In this document: piece after piece, positions 30,569 through 40,680 of the stretch | How the letters are laid out: every line of letters begins with the position of its first letter | Numbering within the stretch: the stretch's first letter is position 1 | Origin: Candidatus Bathyarchaeota archaeon | Lineage (GTDB): Archaea; Thermoproteota; Bathyarchaeia; Bathyarchaeales; Bathycorpusculaceae | Assembly (NCBI GenBank): GCA_963775685.1 | Contig: CAVZJV010000005.1 | Coordinates: 37,022 to 101,021, forward strand | Reading direction: 5' to 3' | Length of the DNA stretch: 64,000 nucleotides | Program-made: the position numbers and the translations under genes | The notes under the pieces: generated by a model | The model's database searches: none | Told to the model about the DNA's origin: nothing | The model's input: the letters and a program-made list of their open reading frames with translations, nothing else

Positions 30569-31594
30569 TTATTTTTTCCGCTGAATCAGGTAGTTCGTCT
30601 GTTCGAGAAAGAAATCTTTCCACCTTTTTTCGACTATCCAGTCGCATTCATTTAGCAAAACGTTCTTTGCTTTGGTGGCGAATTGATTTGCAGTTTTTCT
30701 AGCATATTCAATGGAACCGTATTTTTGCATAAGATCTCTAACATACATCACATCCTCTTCTGTCTTGATTTCTCGAGGTGTTTCCAATATTTTTCGAATA
30801 CGGTCTTTCTCTTCTTGAGTACAAGAGTTAAGAGTGTGAATAAGCATGAGAGTTCTTTTTCCTTCCAAAATATCGCCATCGATCTCTTTGCCATAAAGGT
30901 CCTGAGACGCTGTAAGGTTCAGAGTGTCATCGGTTATCTGAAATGCTATTCCCGTGTAGAGAGCATACCTAGTTATGGCATCTAATTGTTTAGGAGTTGC
31001 CTCATCTAACCCAATAATTATCCCTGTTCTGCATGGGGTAATAATGGTATACCAACAAGTTTTATTCTCGCAGATATAGTAATAATCTTCAGGCTTCAAA
31101 TCAACCCGATTATCTCTAACAAAAGTTAACTCAGTTATCTGCCCTTCTACACTTCTTCTTGCGGTCTCCTGTATTTCCATGATTATTTGCAAAGCTTTCC
31201 TAACGCCTATCGACGCCAAGTTGTCAACAAGTGGCGACATTGCAAGGATTTTCACCGCGTCCCCTGCATTCGCTGCCAAAGCAAGACCATACTTTCTGTT
31301 TAGAGTAAGGTCGCCGCGTCGATAAATCGATTGATCAACAATATCATCCTTTATTAGAAACGAATTGTGCAAAAGCTCAATAGCCGTGGCAGTGTTTATC
31401 GCATTATTGTAGTCGCCACCCACTGATGCCGCCGCTGCAAGACAAAGCAAAGGACGAATCCCTTTTCCTGGTCTAGTGGGATAGTCAGCCAAGAGTTCGT
31501 ATGCTAACGTTTTTGATCCAAAGTTACGTTTAAGATAGTACTGCATCCGAACAGCTACTTTTTTCTTCATCTTGGACAGAACTAATTCGCTCAA
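30569..31594 (-). CDS. trans-polyprenyl diphosphate synthase (GGPP-synthase-like)
   Basis: First Asp-rich motif DDIVD (LIKDDIVDQ), second motif FQITDDTLN (DDxxN variant), and a GKEIDGDILEGKRT region. Confidence 0.85.
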   Translation of the reverse strand: MSELVLSKMKKKVAVRMQYYLKRNFGSKTLAYELLADYPTRPGKGIRPLLCLAAAASVGGDYNNAINTATAIELLHNSFLIKDDIVDQSIYRRGDLTLNRKYGLALAANAGDAVKILAMSPLVDNLASIGVRKALQIIMEIQETARRSVEGQITELTFVRDNRVDLKPEDYYYICENKTCWYTIITPCRTGIIIGLDEATPKQLDAITRYALYTGIAFQITDDTLNLTASQDLYGKEIDGDILEGKRTLMLIHTLNSCTQEEKDRIRKILETPREIKTEEDVMYVRDLMQKYGSIEYARKTANQFATKAKNVLLNECDWIVEKRWKDFFLEQTNYLIQRKK

Positions 31595-31675
31595 GCGAAG
31601 ACCAACCCCTCATAATACCCAATATTCATAGATAACCTTTGTCCAGTTATTTTAGGAGAATAAAGCATGCATAAG

Positions 31676-33169
31676 TTAGTTGGATTTCGCTTTCTCCTCG
31701 GTTTCTAAGTAGTTTGAAGACGATGCGATTGCAACGTTTATTGCGCTTGTAGCGGATTTAATGAACCAATTGATGAAGGCAGATGGGTTCTGGGTTGCTT
31801 GAACAGTTATTTCGAAGCCTGTTTGGAGAGCTTCCATTGTAGCTTTTGCCAAGGCATTTGGATCTTGGATTGCGTCGAGCAAATTTGTGGGCCCTTTTGA
31901 TAATAGGGCTTGTTCAATTGTTCCCTGGGCGACCTCCAAGTTGGTAGCTTCGCTTTGAGGTACGGTTCCCATTAGGATGCCTCCGACGATATCAGCATAT
32001 CTCGGATCCGCTTGTGAACGTGCAGCCATGAGTTCCATTGAACGGAGCCAAAGTGAATTGAAGCTTCGATTTCTTATCAATTGAACTATTAGACTTGCAA
32101 GTGACATTCCGTATCGAAGTTCTTTCTCAACAAAACTTTGGTATGTCAACAAAGCTTCTTTGGATAAATCGTCGGCTATCAAACAAGAGATTGCAACTTC
32201 GGAAGCCCATCTGCCACTAAGAAGGGCGTATTGAATTCCTTCTCCGTTTAGAGGATTCACTAAACCCGCGGCATCGCCTACAAGCATTACTCGATTGTCA
32301 ACCAATGATTGGTTTGCGTTATAGGTTGTTAAAGGCCAACCTTTTATCGGCCCGATCAATTTAGCGTTTCTAAGGCGTTTATGCAATGATAAATCATTCT
32401 CGATGAGTTGATTTAGAAGCTCGTTCAAGCGTTTACCAGAAGGTATGGTGTCTAAGACCATGCCGACTCCTACGTTAGCTTGGTTTTTGCCCGTTGGGAA
32501 AAGCCAGCAGTAACCGGGAAAACTTTCTTTGTTGAAGTGCAGGTCAGCATGATTTGAAGAACCATCTACGTCTTTGAAGTATCCGCGTATGGCAATTATT
32601 CTGTCTGCACTCGAAGGAGGGTGCCCCCTGACGAGTTTGGCAATGGTTGAGTTGCTGCCATCCGCACCGATTAAAAGGCGAGCTTTTAATATTTTTTTAC
32701 CCGAAGGTCCCTCTACCTGTAACTCAACGATTTTGCGCTTTGTGTGCATACCTACTGCCTTTAATCCCTCAAAGAAAACAGCCCCTTCTTTGATGGCTGC
32801 GTCTAAAAGTAGTTTATCCAAAATAAAACGAGGAACCACACGCCCGTATCTGGGAAGACCTTGAACCTTTGGCACGGATCTGGAAATCAATTCGTTGCCA
32901 TCCAGATAAACTGACGCTCTCCTAATGAGGTTTGACCTCTTAAATTCAGGAGAATTTGCAAGACCCAACCTTCCAAGCTCAATTTGTGCTACAGGACTCA
33001 CAAAGTCACCGCAAACTTTGTCACGTGGAAATTTACACTTGTCAACGAGAATCACATCATAACCCGCAGATGCAAAGTAGTAAGCAGCAGCAGAGCCGCT
33101 AGGTCCAGCACCAACTACGATCACATCGCTATCATATTCTTGTTTTTTGTCTAATAGAATGATTATCAC
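31676..33169 (-). CDS. geranylgeranyl reductase family flavoprotein with a roughly 100-aa C-terminal extension
   Basis: VIVVGAGPSGSAAAYYFASAGYDVILVDK (FAD Rossmann), VCGDF, and LVGDAAGLVNPLNGEGI. At 497 aa it is longer than typical archaeal GGRs. Confidence 0.85.
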   Translation of the reverse strand: MIIILLDKKQEYDSDVIVVGAGPSGSAAAYYFASAGYDVILVDKCKFPRDKVCGDFVSPVAQIELGRLGLANSPEFKRSNLIRRASVYLDGNELISRSVPKVQGLPRYGRVVPRFILDKLLLDAAIKEGAVFFEGLKAVGMHTKRKIVELQVEGPSGKKILKARLLIGADGSNSTIAKLVRGHPPSSADRIIAIRGYFKDVDGSSNHADLHFNKESFPGYCWLFPTGKNQANVGVGMVLDTIPSGKRLNELLNQLIENDLSLHKRLRNAKLIGPIKGWPLTTYNANQSLVDNRVMLVGDAAGLVNPLNGEGIQYALLSGRWASEVAISCLIADDLSKEALLTYQSFVEKELRYGMSLASLIVQLIRNRSFNSLWLRSMELMAARSQADPRYADIVGGILMGTVPQSEATNLEVAQGTIEQALLSKGPTNLLDAIQDPNALAKATMEALQTGFEITVQATQNPSAFINWFIKSATSAINVAIASSSNYLETEEKAKSN

Positions 33170-33611
33170 TCCTGATTAGGGGAAAGGAAAACGAGCCAAA
33201 GAGGAGTAATTTAGCATTAGAGCTTGGATCAAGCAAAACTCTGCACATAAGTTTTCATTTCCCGTTTGTTAATTATGACTCTATAGAAGTAACTTTGTTA
33301 ATAACTTTGCTTTTAACCTAAATACCACTCTTTTAGTTCCAACTAACTTTATCAAGGGAAATTCTCTCTTGTTTGGGATTATCACGAACAGGACGCTGAC
33401 CCCTTACATCCTACCTAACAACATTGACCCACAAATATAGACAGATGACCTCCAACCTTACCGCCACAGTTGAACATTTTGAGATTTATGGAAAAGAATG
33501 AGCCACGTGAATGGGCTTCTGTACTAGAAATCGGCAAATCCTTTATGTTTCTGACCAAAACGCAAATAGGCAAAACCGGCGACTTGTTTTGTATATTGGG
33601 GAAGAAATAAC

Positions 33612-34100
33612 TTGTCAGAATTAGCCAACAGCTGTGAATACTTAACAAGTGAGAAATTATGCTTAGCTGTTTTAGAAAGCGAGAAAGCAAAGGCAGCCAG
33701 GCAGGAGCGATGCAAAAATGAAGAGAAGACGACCTGTTGCTATCTTTGCATGTTCGTGTTTAACTGTGCCACTCCCTGTCGGTTTTTGGGAAAAGGGGAG
33801 AGCGAGCTAAACCAAATCGACTCTGAAAAAACCCGCATTGAAAACATATCCATAAGTGAACAAAAACCCGAAGAGCTCAAAACAAAAAATTCACCTGTAA
33901 CCCGCTGCTTGTTATGTGACGTCGAGATGTCGCAAGCTCGAACTAAGTTTAAGATAGAGGGTTTGGAAAGATCAGGTCAAGAACTTTCTGAAGATGACTC
34001 AGGGCAATTGGAAAAGGAAGTGCTGCCTGTAATAGTTTATCTCTGTCCAAAATGTGGTAAAATCGAGTTTAAGGCGGATGAAAAACTAAGCAAGGACTAA
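33612..34100 (+). CDS. Cys-rich protein with a C-terminal zinc ribbon
   Basis: The C-terminus has C-L-L-C ... C-P-K-C-G. The N-terminus has a TTCCYLCMFVFNCATPC cluster. TTG start. Confidence 0.5.
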   Translation: MSELANSCEYLTSEKLCLAVLESEKAKAARQERCKNEEKTTCCYLCMFVFNCATPCRFLGKGESELNQIDSEKTRIENISISEQKPEELKTKNSPVTRCLLCDVEMSQARTKFKIEGLERSGQELSEDDSGQLEKEVLPVIVYLCPKCGKIEFKADEKLSKD

Positions 34101-34123
34101 TTGTATTTCAAACCTTTGCTAGG

Positions 34124-34267
34124 TTAAGGTTTTTCTTTTTTTGATGAAATAACCGTACCACACTCGGTACATTCCCAACAAGTGAGTATCTTGTTCTTGT
34201 CATACACAGGAATCATTTCTTCTTCGCATTCAGGGCACAGTTTTTCCAGTTGATTCTTTTTTGACAT
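34124..34267 (-). CDS. 47-aa zinc-ribbon protein (below the ORF-track cutoff)
   Basis: MSKKNQLEKLCPECEEEMIPVYDKNKILTCWECTECGTVISSKKEKP, with CxxC...CxxC. Confidence 0.45.
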   Translation of the reverse strand: MSKKNQLEKLCPECEEEMIPVYDKNKILTCWECTECGTVISSKKEKP

Positions 34268-34636
34268 TTAAATTTCAGACGTTTCAAGTGCCATTATGAA
34301 ATATAAACCAACTGGTAACCAACTCTAAATCGCAATAGCCCCCACAGGGCCTTACGAATCAGGCTTCTATAATTCAAGATAGAAAAAATATTAGATGCAG
34401 CAATAACGCGACATGAAAGAAAAAAGAGATTTTACATGGAGAACAATTCACTCGGTAGCATACTCAAATCCAGCGCCCAACCACAACTATCTGACCAAAT
34501 ATTTACTGCTAAAATTATAATTTCTACCCTATTATTTCTCGTACAAATGTTAAGATTTAGTGAGATTCTGGCAAACCTTCTAATTTGAGTGTACACCCCA
34601 ATAGGAAAACGCGATGTAAAATAGATCCTATGGAGT

Positions 34637-37600
34637 TTGACGCAGTTGGGAAGAAACCTCTTCGACACATTGAATAAATTTATTATAAAGCGGCATCGCT
34701 TGATAATCATTGCCTGGATTATTGCTTTAATTGTTTCGTTAAGTTTGGTTCCCAGTTTTTTTGGGGCAGTTTCATACGACATTACAGGCGGTTTTGCCGC
34801 TCCCACAAATAGCCAATCCGAAAAAACATCACACATACTAAAGGCTCAGTTTCCAAGTTCTCAAAACCAAAGCGCCAACAGCATCCTACTTGTAGTTCAT
34901 GGCACACAGCCGTATTCCGATGATTTAAGGAAAGCTATACTTGACCTAAACCAAACAATCTCAAAGGACCAAAGCATTGTGAACTTTACAGGGGAATCCA
35001 GCATCTACTCCACCGAGTACAGCTTACTTAATTCGTCAATTCCAAGCATTCTGCCACAAGTTGACGCCCTAGAAAATAACATAAGCTCCATCAACACAGG
35101 CGTCTATTCATTAGCGACAAACTTGGCTCCACTAAACGCAAACATTTTTCAAACCATCGAAGGAATCAACCAGACCGCTCAACTGGTCTTTGGGATTCCA
35201 GCGGCTTTTGTGGAAGTGTGGCAGGGAATAACCAGTCAAGGATTAACTGACCCATACCTTGCAAACTTTCAAGCCAACGTAACCGCCTACCAAATCACAA
35301 ACAATTTCGGAGACGACCCAAGCTCTATCGGCTACTACTCTGCATTCTTTAACGTCTGGAATGCCAGCTTCCTAAGCCTTCCAAGCAACGCTAGCTCTGT
35401 TCAAGACAGGGAAGCTTTGGCTATTAACCAATCAGTCACGCTTTTTTTGGGCAATACACAATTAGATGAACAAACTAAACAAATCGTAACAGCAGTTGGT
35501 TCAGGCTTGACAGTTTCAAGTTGGAGCCAAAGCGAATCCATCACAAACTTAGCTAAGTCAACAATAGCCTCAAGCATTCCATCCGACCTGTCAACTCAAC
35601 TGGCCATCACACCTCAAACCCTAATCAACCAACTCTACAGTTTGGGAGCCGCACCCTCAAACGCTACAATTTTGAAGTATGCAATTAACTTGACTGTAAA
35701 CTCGATGGGAAACCTTACAGACAGCGACATCGGTTTTTCGCCCTCACAACTTGTAAATGAAGCCGTCAACTTGGGTTCATCTCCAAGCTTCAAACAGCAA
35801 TGGATGCTTTCGTGCGAATTTATCGCAAACGCTACCCAAAGCGCATTCGTGGATTCTCCCCTTTTCTCAATTAATAGCTCTTCCTTAGCTACTTTGCTTT
35901 ATGTTCTGCCACAAAGGGCCACCTTAACCGAAATCGATGCGGCAATCGAAAACACAATCGCATATCAAAACTATGTTAGCTACCCCTACAAACCAACCCA
36001 TGCAATCACCCAAAACTTTGTTGGCACCGACAACAACACGGTGCTTATCATTTTGGGCTTCTCTTCAGAACCAGATGTCACATCAATAGCTCAAATAAAG
36101 TCAGCCGTACAAAACTCAGAATTGCAAAACCTAGGAACAACCTACGTTACCGGGTCACCTGTTCTCGGTCGCGACATCGAAAACACCTTCATACCCGCAC
36201 TTGAACTCACCGTAGGACCCGCGATCGCCATTTCTTTGTTGATTGTCGGACTCTTATTCTTGGCACCTTTAGCCGCGATTATCCCGATCATTTTAGGAGG
36301 TTTTTCGACAGTTATTTCTCTTGCTTCGATCTATTTTGCAGTGGTTATAGTAGGTAAAGGCGACATAACATTCCTTACACCCACTCTGACCATCCTTCTT
36401 CTGCTGGGATTAGCAGTTGACTACGCGGTCTTGCAGCTTAGACGAACAAGAGAAGAGAGACAACAAGGCAGATCGGTAGAAGAGAGCGTAGGGCTCTCCG
36501 TCCGTTGGGCTGGGCAAGCTGTGCTTACCGCAGGAATCACAGTCATCGTAGCGTACATAGTAATGGCAGTTGTTAACGTACCTATATTCAGCGATGTGGG
36601 AACTGCTATTGCCATCAGCGTCTCCATTCTGCTTGCAGCCTCCTTAACGCTGCTACCTGCACTTGAAATCGCTTTGAATGATAAAATTTTTTGGCCGGGA
36701 CTAGGCAAAAACAAAAACATCTCCTCCAATTCGCCGCGTTTAAGAAACCTGGCGAAAAATATACTAAAAAAGAAAAAAGTAATAGCTATTCTAATAAGCG
36801 GGTTGGCTTTGGGCGCATTCTACTTTGAATATACAACACCCACCGGCTCAGACTTCCTAAAACTCATACCAAACTTTTCCAGCAACCAGGGCTTAACGGT
36901 TATATCGAACAGTTTTGGAGGCGCATCCATCAGTCCAACCACCATTGTGGTAACAACCCCCACTCCTGTATCCTACGGCAAAAACCAACTAAATCAAACT
37001 CTCATGGACCAACTTGAATTGGTAGCCATTTCAGTCGCTAACTCGCCCAATGTAGTCACAGTGATTGGCCCCACAAGACCGTTTGGTTCCTCTTTCAACT
37101 ATTCAGGGCTATCAAGCATGTCTGACACGCTTAAGCCGCAATATGAAAGCCAAATCTACTCTATGATAGGGAAAGACAATATGACCGTTCGAATCACGGT
37201 GGGACTCGCTAACGAATCGCAAAGTCAGATTGCTATGACTTCGCTTCTTCAAATGGAAAAGAAAATTAATGCGCTGGTACTTATTGACGGGGTCACAGTT
37301 AATTTTGGCGGAGAAACCCAATCCTCGATAGACAGCAAAGCCTTTATGGCAAACCTGCTGCCCGAAGTCGTCGTTATCCTCTCCGTTGCAGTGTACATAA
37401 TCTTATTTGTGCAACTTCGGTCAGCCTTCACCCCTCTACGGCTAATTTTCACCATACTCTGCAGCGTAGCTTTTGCGATAGCTATTCTCTCAGCAGTTTT
37501 CTTCTATGCCAGCAATTTGCCAATCCTCGACTTCGCACCCCTCTTTGTGGTAGTAACTATGCTAGGGGTAGGAATAGACTACGACATATTCTTTGTAACC

Positions 37601-37903
37601 CGAATACGCGAAGAAGCACTCAAAGGAAACACAGACGATGAAGCCATAAAAACAGCCGTCGAAAAAGTTTGGGTAACCATTCTGGGGTTGGGATTAGTTC
37701 TTGCCACCGTCTTTGCGTCCTTGATCATAACAGGCATCGCACTTTTGCAAGAAATCGCCTTAGCTGTATCAGCCGCCATAATCATCGATGTTTTGGTGGT
37801 TATCCTGTTTTTTGTGCCTTCCCTGATGGGGTTAGCACAGAGACTTAACTGGTGGCCACATAAAACCTCAAAAACTCCACAAGACACTACAGAAAACACC
37901 TAA
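34637..37903 (+). CDS. MMPL/RND-superfamily membrane transporter (1088 aa)
   Basis: Two blocks of about 6 TM helices, each preceded by a large extracytoplasmic domain. The motifs GLAVDYAVLQL and GVGIDYDIFFVTRIREE are typical of MMPL domains. Confidence 0.85.
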   Translation: MTQLGRNLFDTLNKFIIKRHRLIIIAWIIALIVSLSLVPSFFGAVSYDITGGFAAPTNSQSEKTSHILKAQFPSSQNQSANSILLVVHGTQPYSDDLRKAILDLNQTISKDQSIVNFTGESSIYSTEYSLLNSSIPSILPQVDALENNISSINTGVYSLATNLAPLNANIFQTIEGINQTAQLVFGIPAAFVEVWQGITSQGLTDPYLANFQANVTAYQITNNFGDDPSSIGYYSAFFNVWNASFLSLPSNASSVQDREALAINQSVTLFLGNTQLDEQTKQIVTAVGSGLTVSSWSQSESITNLAKSTIASSIPSDLSTQLAITPQTLINQLYSLGAAPSNATILKYAINLTVNSMGNLTDSDIGFSPSQLVNEAVNLGSSPSFKQQWMLSCEFIANATQSAFVDSPLFSINSSSLATLLYVLPQRATLTEIDAAIENTIAYQNYVSYPYKPTHAITQNFVGTDNNTVLIILGFSSEPDVTSIAQIKSAVQNSELQNLGTTYVTGSPVLGRDIENTFIPALELTVGPAIAISLLIVGLLFLAPLAAIIPIILGGFSTVISLASIYFAVVIVGKGDITFLTPTLTILLLLGLAVDYAVLQLRRTREERQQGRSVEESVGLSVRWAGQAVLTAGITVIVAYIVMAVVNVPIFSDVGTAIAISVSILLAASLTLLPALEIALNDKIFWPGLGKNKNISSNSPRLRNLAKNILKKKKVIAILISGLALGAFYFEYTTPTGSDFLKLIPNFSSNQGLTVISNSFGGASISPTTIVVTTPTPVSYGKNQLNQTLMDQLELVAISVANSPNVVTVIGPTRPFGSSFNYSGLSSMSDTLKPQYESQIYSMIGKDNMTVRITVGLANESQSQIAMTSLLQMEKKINALVLIDGVTVNFGGETQSSIDSKAFMANLLPEVVVILSVAVYIILFVQLRSAFTPLRLIFTILCSVAFAIAILSAVFFYASNLPILDFAPLFVVVTMLGVGIDYDIFFVTRIREEALKGNTDDEAIKTAVEKVWVTILGLGLVLATVFASLIITGIALLQEIALAVSAAIIIDVLVVILFFVPSLMGLAQRLNWWPHKTSKTPQDTTENT

Positions 37904-38329
37904 TCAACTCTGTCTACCACCTTTTTGCAAGCTTCAACCATCTAAAGCATAGCCCCATCACATAGTTGCAATGAATGCGTAACAGGTAAATATTACCTGA
38001 TTAACTAATTTTATTATTACCCTAAAGGAACATAAGAAAGCCCTGTGTGGTGGCGCAGAGAAGTTAATTATAGTTATTTCAACTGGCGTCTAATTTTTGT
38101 AATTGCTGGAGCAGCCACAACCTTTCAAGACCCTAACTTTCTGGGTTCAAGTCTTAGTTAAGTTACCCATTACTTCAATTCATGGGACTTAAACAAATAG
38201 TCAAAGGCGGCATCTCTTCAGATGCATTCGTTGAGAAACAAGAACAAGGAAGGACTCATATTTAAAAGAATAATAAAAGAAAAACGGTCAATAACAAACT
38301 TCAAAGGGAAATAAAAATTCATGCCCTTC

Positions 38330-38506
38330 TTAAAGGACGAGTTCTGCGTCTGCACAACCGCTAATTAGGTTCGTTATTCTAATCTTTACATGTTCGTTAG
38401 CTTTGGCATTCTTTATGAAAACCGGAAAACCTTTGATTTTGGCGACGCCCTCCCCATTGGGACTCACATCTATAACATCCACGTCGAATTCTTCTCCAAT
38501 TTCCAT
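38330..38506 (-). CDS. TRAM-domain protein (58 aa, below the ORF-track cutoff)
   Basis: MEIGEEFDVDVIDVSPNGEGVAKIKGFPVFIKNAKANEHVKIRITNLISGCADAELVL is a canonical archaeal stand-alone TRAM. A basic KKRTPRNAKNRGRG stretch is in frame upstream but has no start codon. Confidence 0.7.
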   Translation of the reverse strand: MEIGEEFDVDVIDVSPNGEGVAKIKGFPVFIKNAKANEHVKIRITNLISGCADAELVL

Positions 38507-38622
38507 TGGATATTCAATGCCTCTGCCTCGGTTTTTGGCGTTTCTGGGGGTTCTTTTTTTGGGACTAAAAGCGCATCATTCCTCTTTCCAATACAATGTA
38601 CTCTATCAACATAAGAGTTTTG

Positions 38623-39636
38623 TTATTCATCTAGATTTTTCAGCGTCTCCACCGCTTTTTCTGCCCACTGCGAATCCCCCCAAAACGCCCGCCCAACCGC
38701 TACCAAATCAATTTTGCCCTCACGCACCAGCATATCCGCATATTCGGGCTCTGTGATTCCGCCCACGCCGATAACTGGAACTGTAACCGCCTTTTTAATC
38801 GTAGCAGCTTGCGGAACAAAATAGCCTTTAACTTGTCGTAGCTGCCTTGGTTCGCTGCCACACATGCCCCCGGAAACATCCAGGATATCTACTCCAGATG
38901 CCTCGAGTCTCTTAGCGAACGTCACTGAATCTTCAATATGGGTTCCATATGGAGCTAAATCATCTGACCCTAACCTATAGAGCAATATTTTAGAGCCGAG
39001 GCATCTGCGCACTTTTTCGGCAACCAACAGCGGAAAACGCATCCTTTTCTCCAAAGAACCGCCAAACTCATCCTCACGCCTATTAAACAAAGGAGAATAA
39101 AACTGGTTTAACAGGTAGCCATGGGCGCCATGCAACTCAACCCCGTCAAACCCAGCCTTAACTGCACGCTCAGTCGCCAAAGCAAACTCATCAGCTAGTC
39201 TGAAAATTTCCGCTGCATCCAACATTCTGCTTTTATCTCTTGGGGAAGGACCTCCTGGTTCGACACCGATGACCCGTCGGTTCGTGACTGCGCCTGCATG
39301 TGAAATCTGCACGATTGCTGGTGCACCAACTTCATGCAGGGCGTTTGCGAGCTCTGCAAAACCGTCAATTACTGAGTCATCGTGGATTCCGAGTTGTTTG
39401 GGTCCTATCTTCCCGGTGGGTGAAACATAAGAGTGCTCAACAATGGGTAACCCTAAAGCTGCTGAGCGGCGAACATAAAAGTTTATCAATCTGTTGGTTA
39501 TTGCGCCCTCAAAGCTTGCTCTTCCCGTCTGCATAGGTGGCAAAACAATACGGTTGCGAAGAGTGTAACCCTTAACCTTTAAAGGCTCAAGTAAACCAAG
39601 CAAAGCAACACCGATGCAACAAAAAATAACCTGCAT
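38623..39636 (-). CDS. NADH:flavin oxidoreductase (Old Yellow Enzyme family)
   Basis: VLPPMQT, GFDGVELHGAHGYLLNQFYSPLFNRREDEFGGSLEKRMRF and VIGVGGI. Confidence 0.85.
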   Translation of the reverse strand: MQVIFCCIGVALLGLLEPLKVKGYTLRNRIVLPPMQTGRASFEGAITNRLINFYVRRSAALGLPIVEHSYVSPTGKIGPKQLGIHDDSVIDGFAELANALHEVGAPAIVQISHAGAVTNRRVIGVEPGGPSPRDKSRMLDAAEIFRLADEFALATERAVKAGFDGVELHGAHGYLLNQFYSPLFNRREDEFGGSLEKRMRFPLLVAEKVRRCLGSKILLYRLGSDDLAPYGTHIEDSVTFAKRLEASGVDILDVSGGMCGSEPRQLRQVKGYFVPQAATIKKAVTVPVIGVGGITEPEYADMLVREGKIDLVAVGRAFWGDSQWAEKAVETLKNLDE

Positions 39637-39783
39637 CTATATATGAACTTGCGGACGGAAAATTGAAAAAAGGCTGAAAATGACGAGTTATGTTTTAGAA
39701 GAAATTTTTTATACTACATGCATCTGTTTGTATGTTGGGTAAACTCATTTCTTGCCCTAAAAAGTGTTTTAGGTTGAGTTTTT

Positions 39784-40524
39784 ATGGATGTCAAAGACAA
39801 AATAGCCATTATAACAGGAGCCTCATCTGGAATAGGGCTAGCAACTGCAAAACTACTCTCCATTAAGGGCGCCAAGGTGGCGCTGGTTTCACGTTCAAAA
39901 GACAAATTAGAGAATCTATCAAAAGAAATTCCCAACTCCATTGCAATTGCCGCTGATATGTCGAAGGTTTTTGAAGTCAAAAGGATGATTAAAGAAGTGT
40001 TTAACCGATTTGGCAAAATCGACTTGCTAATCAACAACGCTGGCGTTGGCTATGATGCTTTAACGGAAAAAATGGACCTTGACACCTTCCACTATATCTT
40101 CGACTTGGACTTGGTTGGACCAATCGCCGCGATGCAACAGGTTATTCCATTAATGAGGGCAGGGGGCGGAGGCACAATAGTTAACATAAGCTCAGCCGTT
40201 GCCTTGATGAACCTGGCAAACAACGCCCCTTACGCCTCAATAAAACGTGCCCTGTCAGTTGTAAGTTTAACCGCCAGAGAAGAACTCAAAAAAGAGAACA
40301 TAACTGTAAGCGTAGTCTACCCCTACATTACACTTACCAACTTTGAAAGAAACACCATCCGAGACGTCCCAGTGCCCGAGAGCGAACTAGAACCTCACGG
40401 TCCATTCCCGCCTGACCCCGCAGAATACGCAGCGCATAAGATTATGGAAGGCATAGAAAGCGGTGAAGCGGAAATTTTCGCCCATGACTGGATAAGAGAT
40501 AGGGCTCTAGGAAAAATTCATTAA
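39784..40524 (+). CDS. short-chain dehydrogenase/reductase (SDR)
   Basis: ITGASSGIG cofactor motif, NNAG, and the catalytic Y-x3-K (YASIKRA). Confidence 0.9.
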   Translation: MDVKDKIAIITGASSGIGLATAKLLSIKGAKVALVSRSKDKLENLSKEIPNSIAIAADMSKVFEVKRMIKEVFNRFGKIDLLINNAGVGYDALTEKMDLDTFHYIFDLDLVGPIAAMQQVIPLMRAGGGGTIVNISSAVALMNLANNAPYASIKRALSVVSLTAREELKKENITVSVVYPYITLTNFERNTIRDVPVPESELEPHGPFPPDPAEYAAHKIMEGIESGEAEIFAHDWIRDRALGKIH

Positions 40525-40680
40525 AAAAGAGCCTACTTCATTCACCTTTTTTGAATGAACCTTCAAGCGGGAACATTCTGAGTTATTGTAATAACTAAAA
40601 CACATACAATGAAAACTGCTACAATTACCCATTCTCCATCGAAAAGGTTCATGAAGATAAAACTGACACCGAAAGCAGAG

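Noticed and set aside
38040-38200. tRNA-like words (GGGTTCAAGTC, GGCGCAGAG)
   Set aside because: I could not fold a cloverleaf: there is no matching acceptor stem, and the D-, anticodon- and T-arm spacing is wrong.
38390-38756. Two overlapping plus-strand ORFs (74 and 117 aa) from the track
   Set aside because: Their translations are low-complexity (P/L/F/S-rich). They lie antisense to a clear TRAM gene and to the 3' end of the OYE gene, so they are shadow ORFs.
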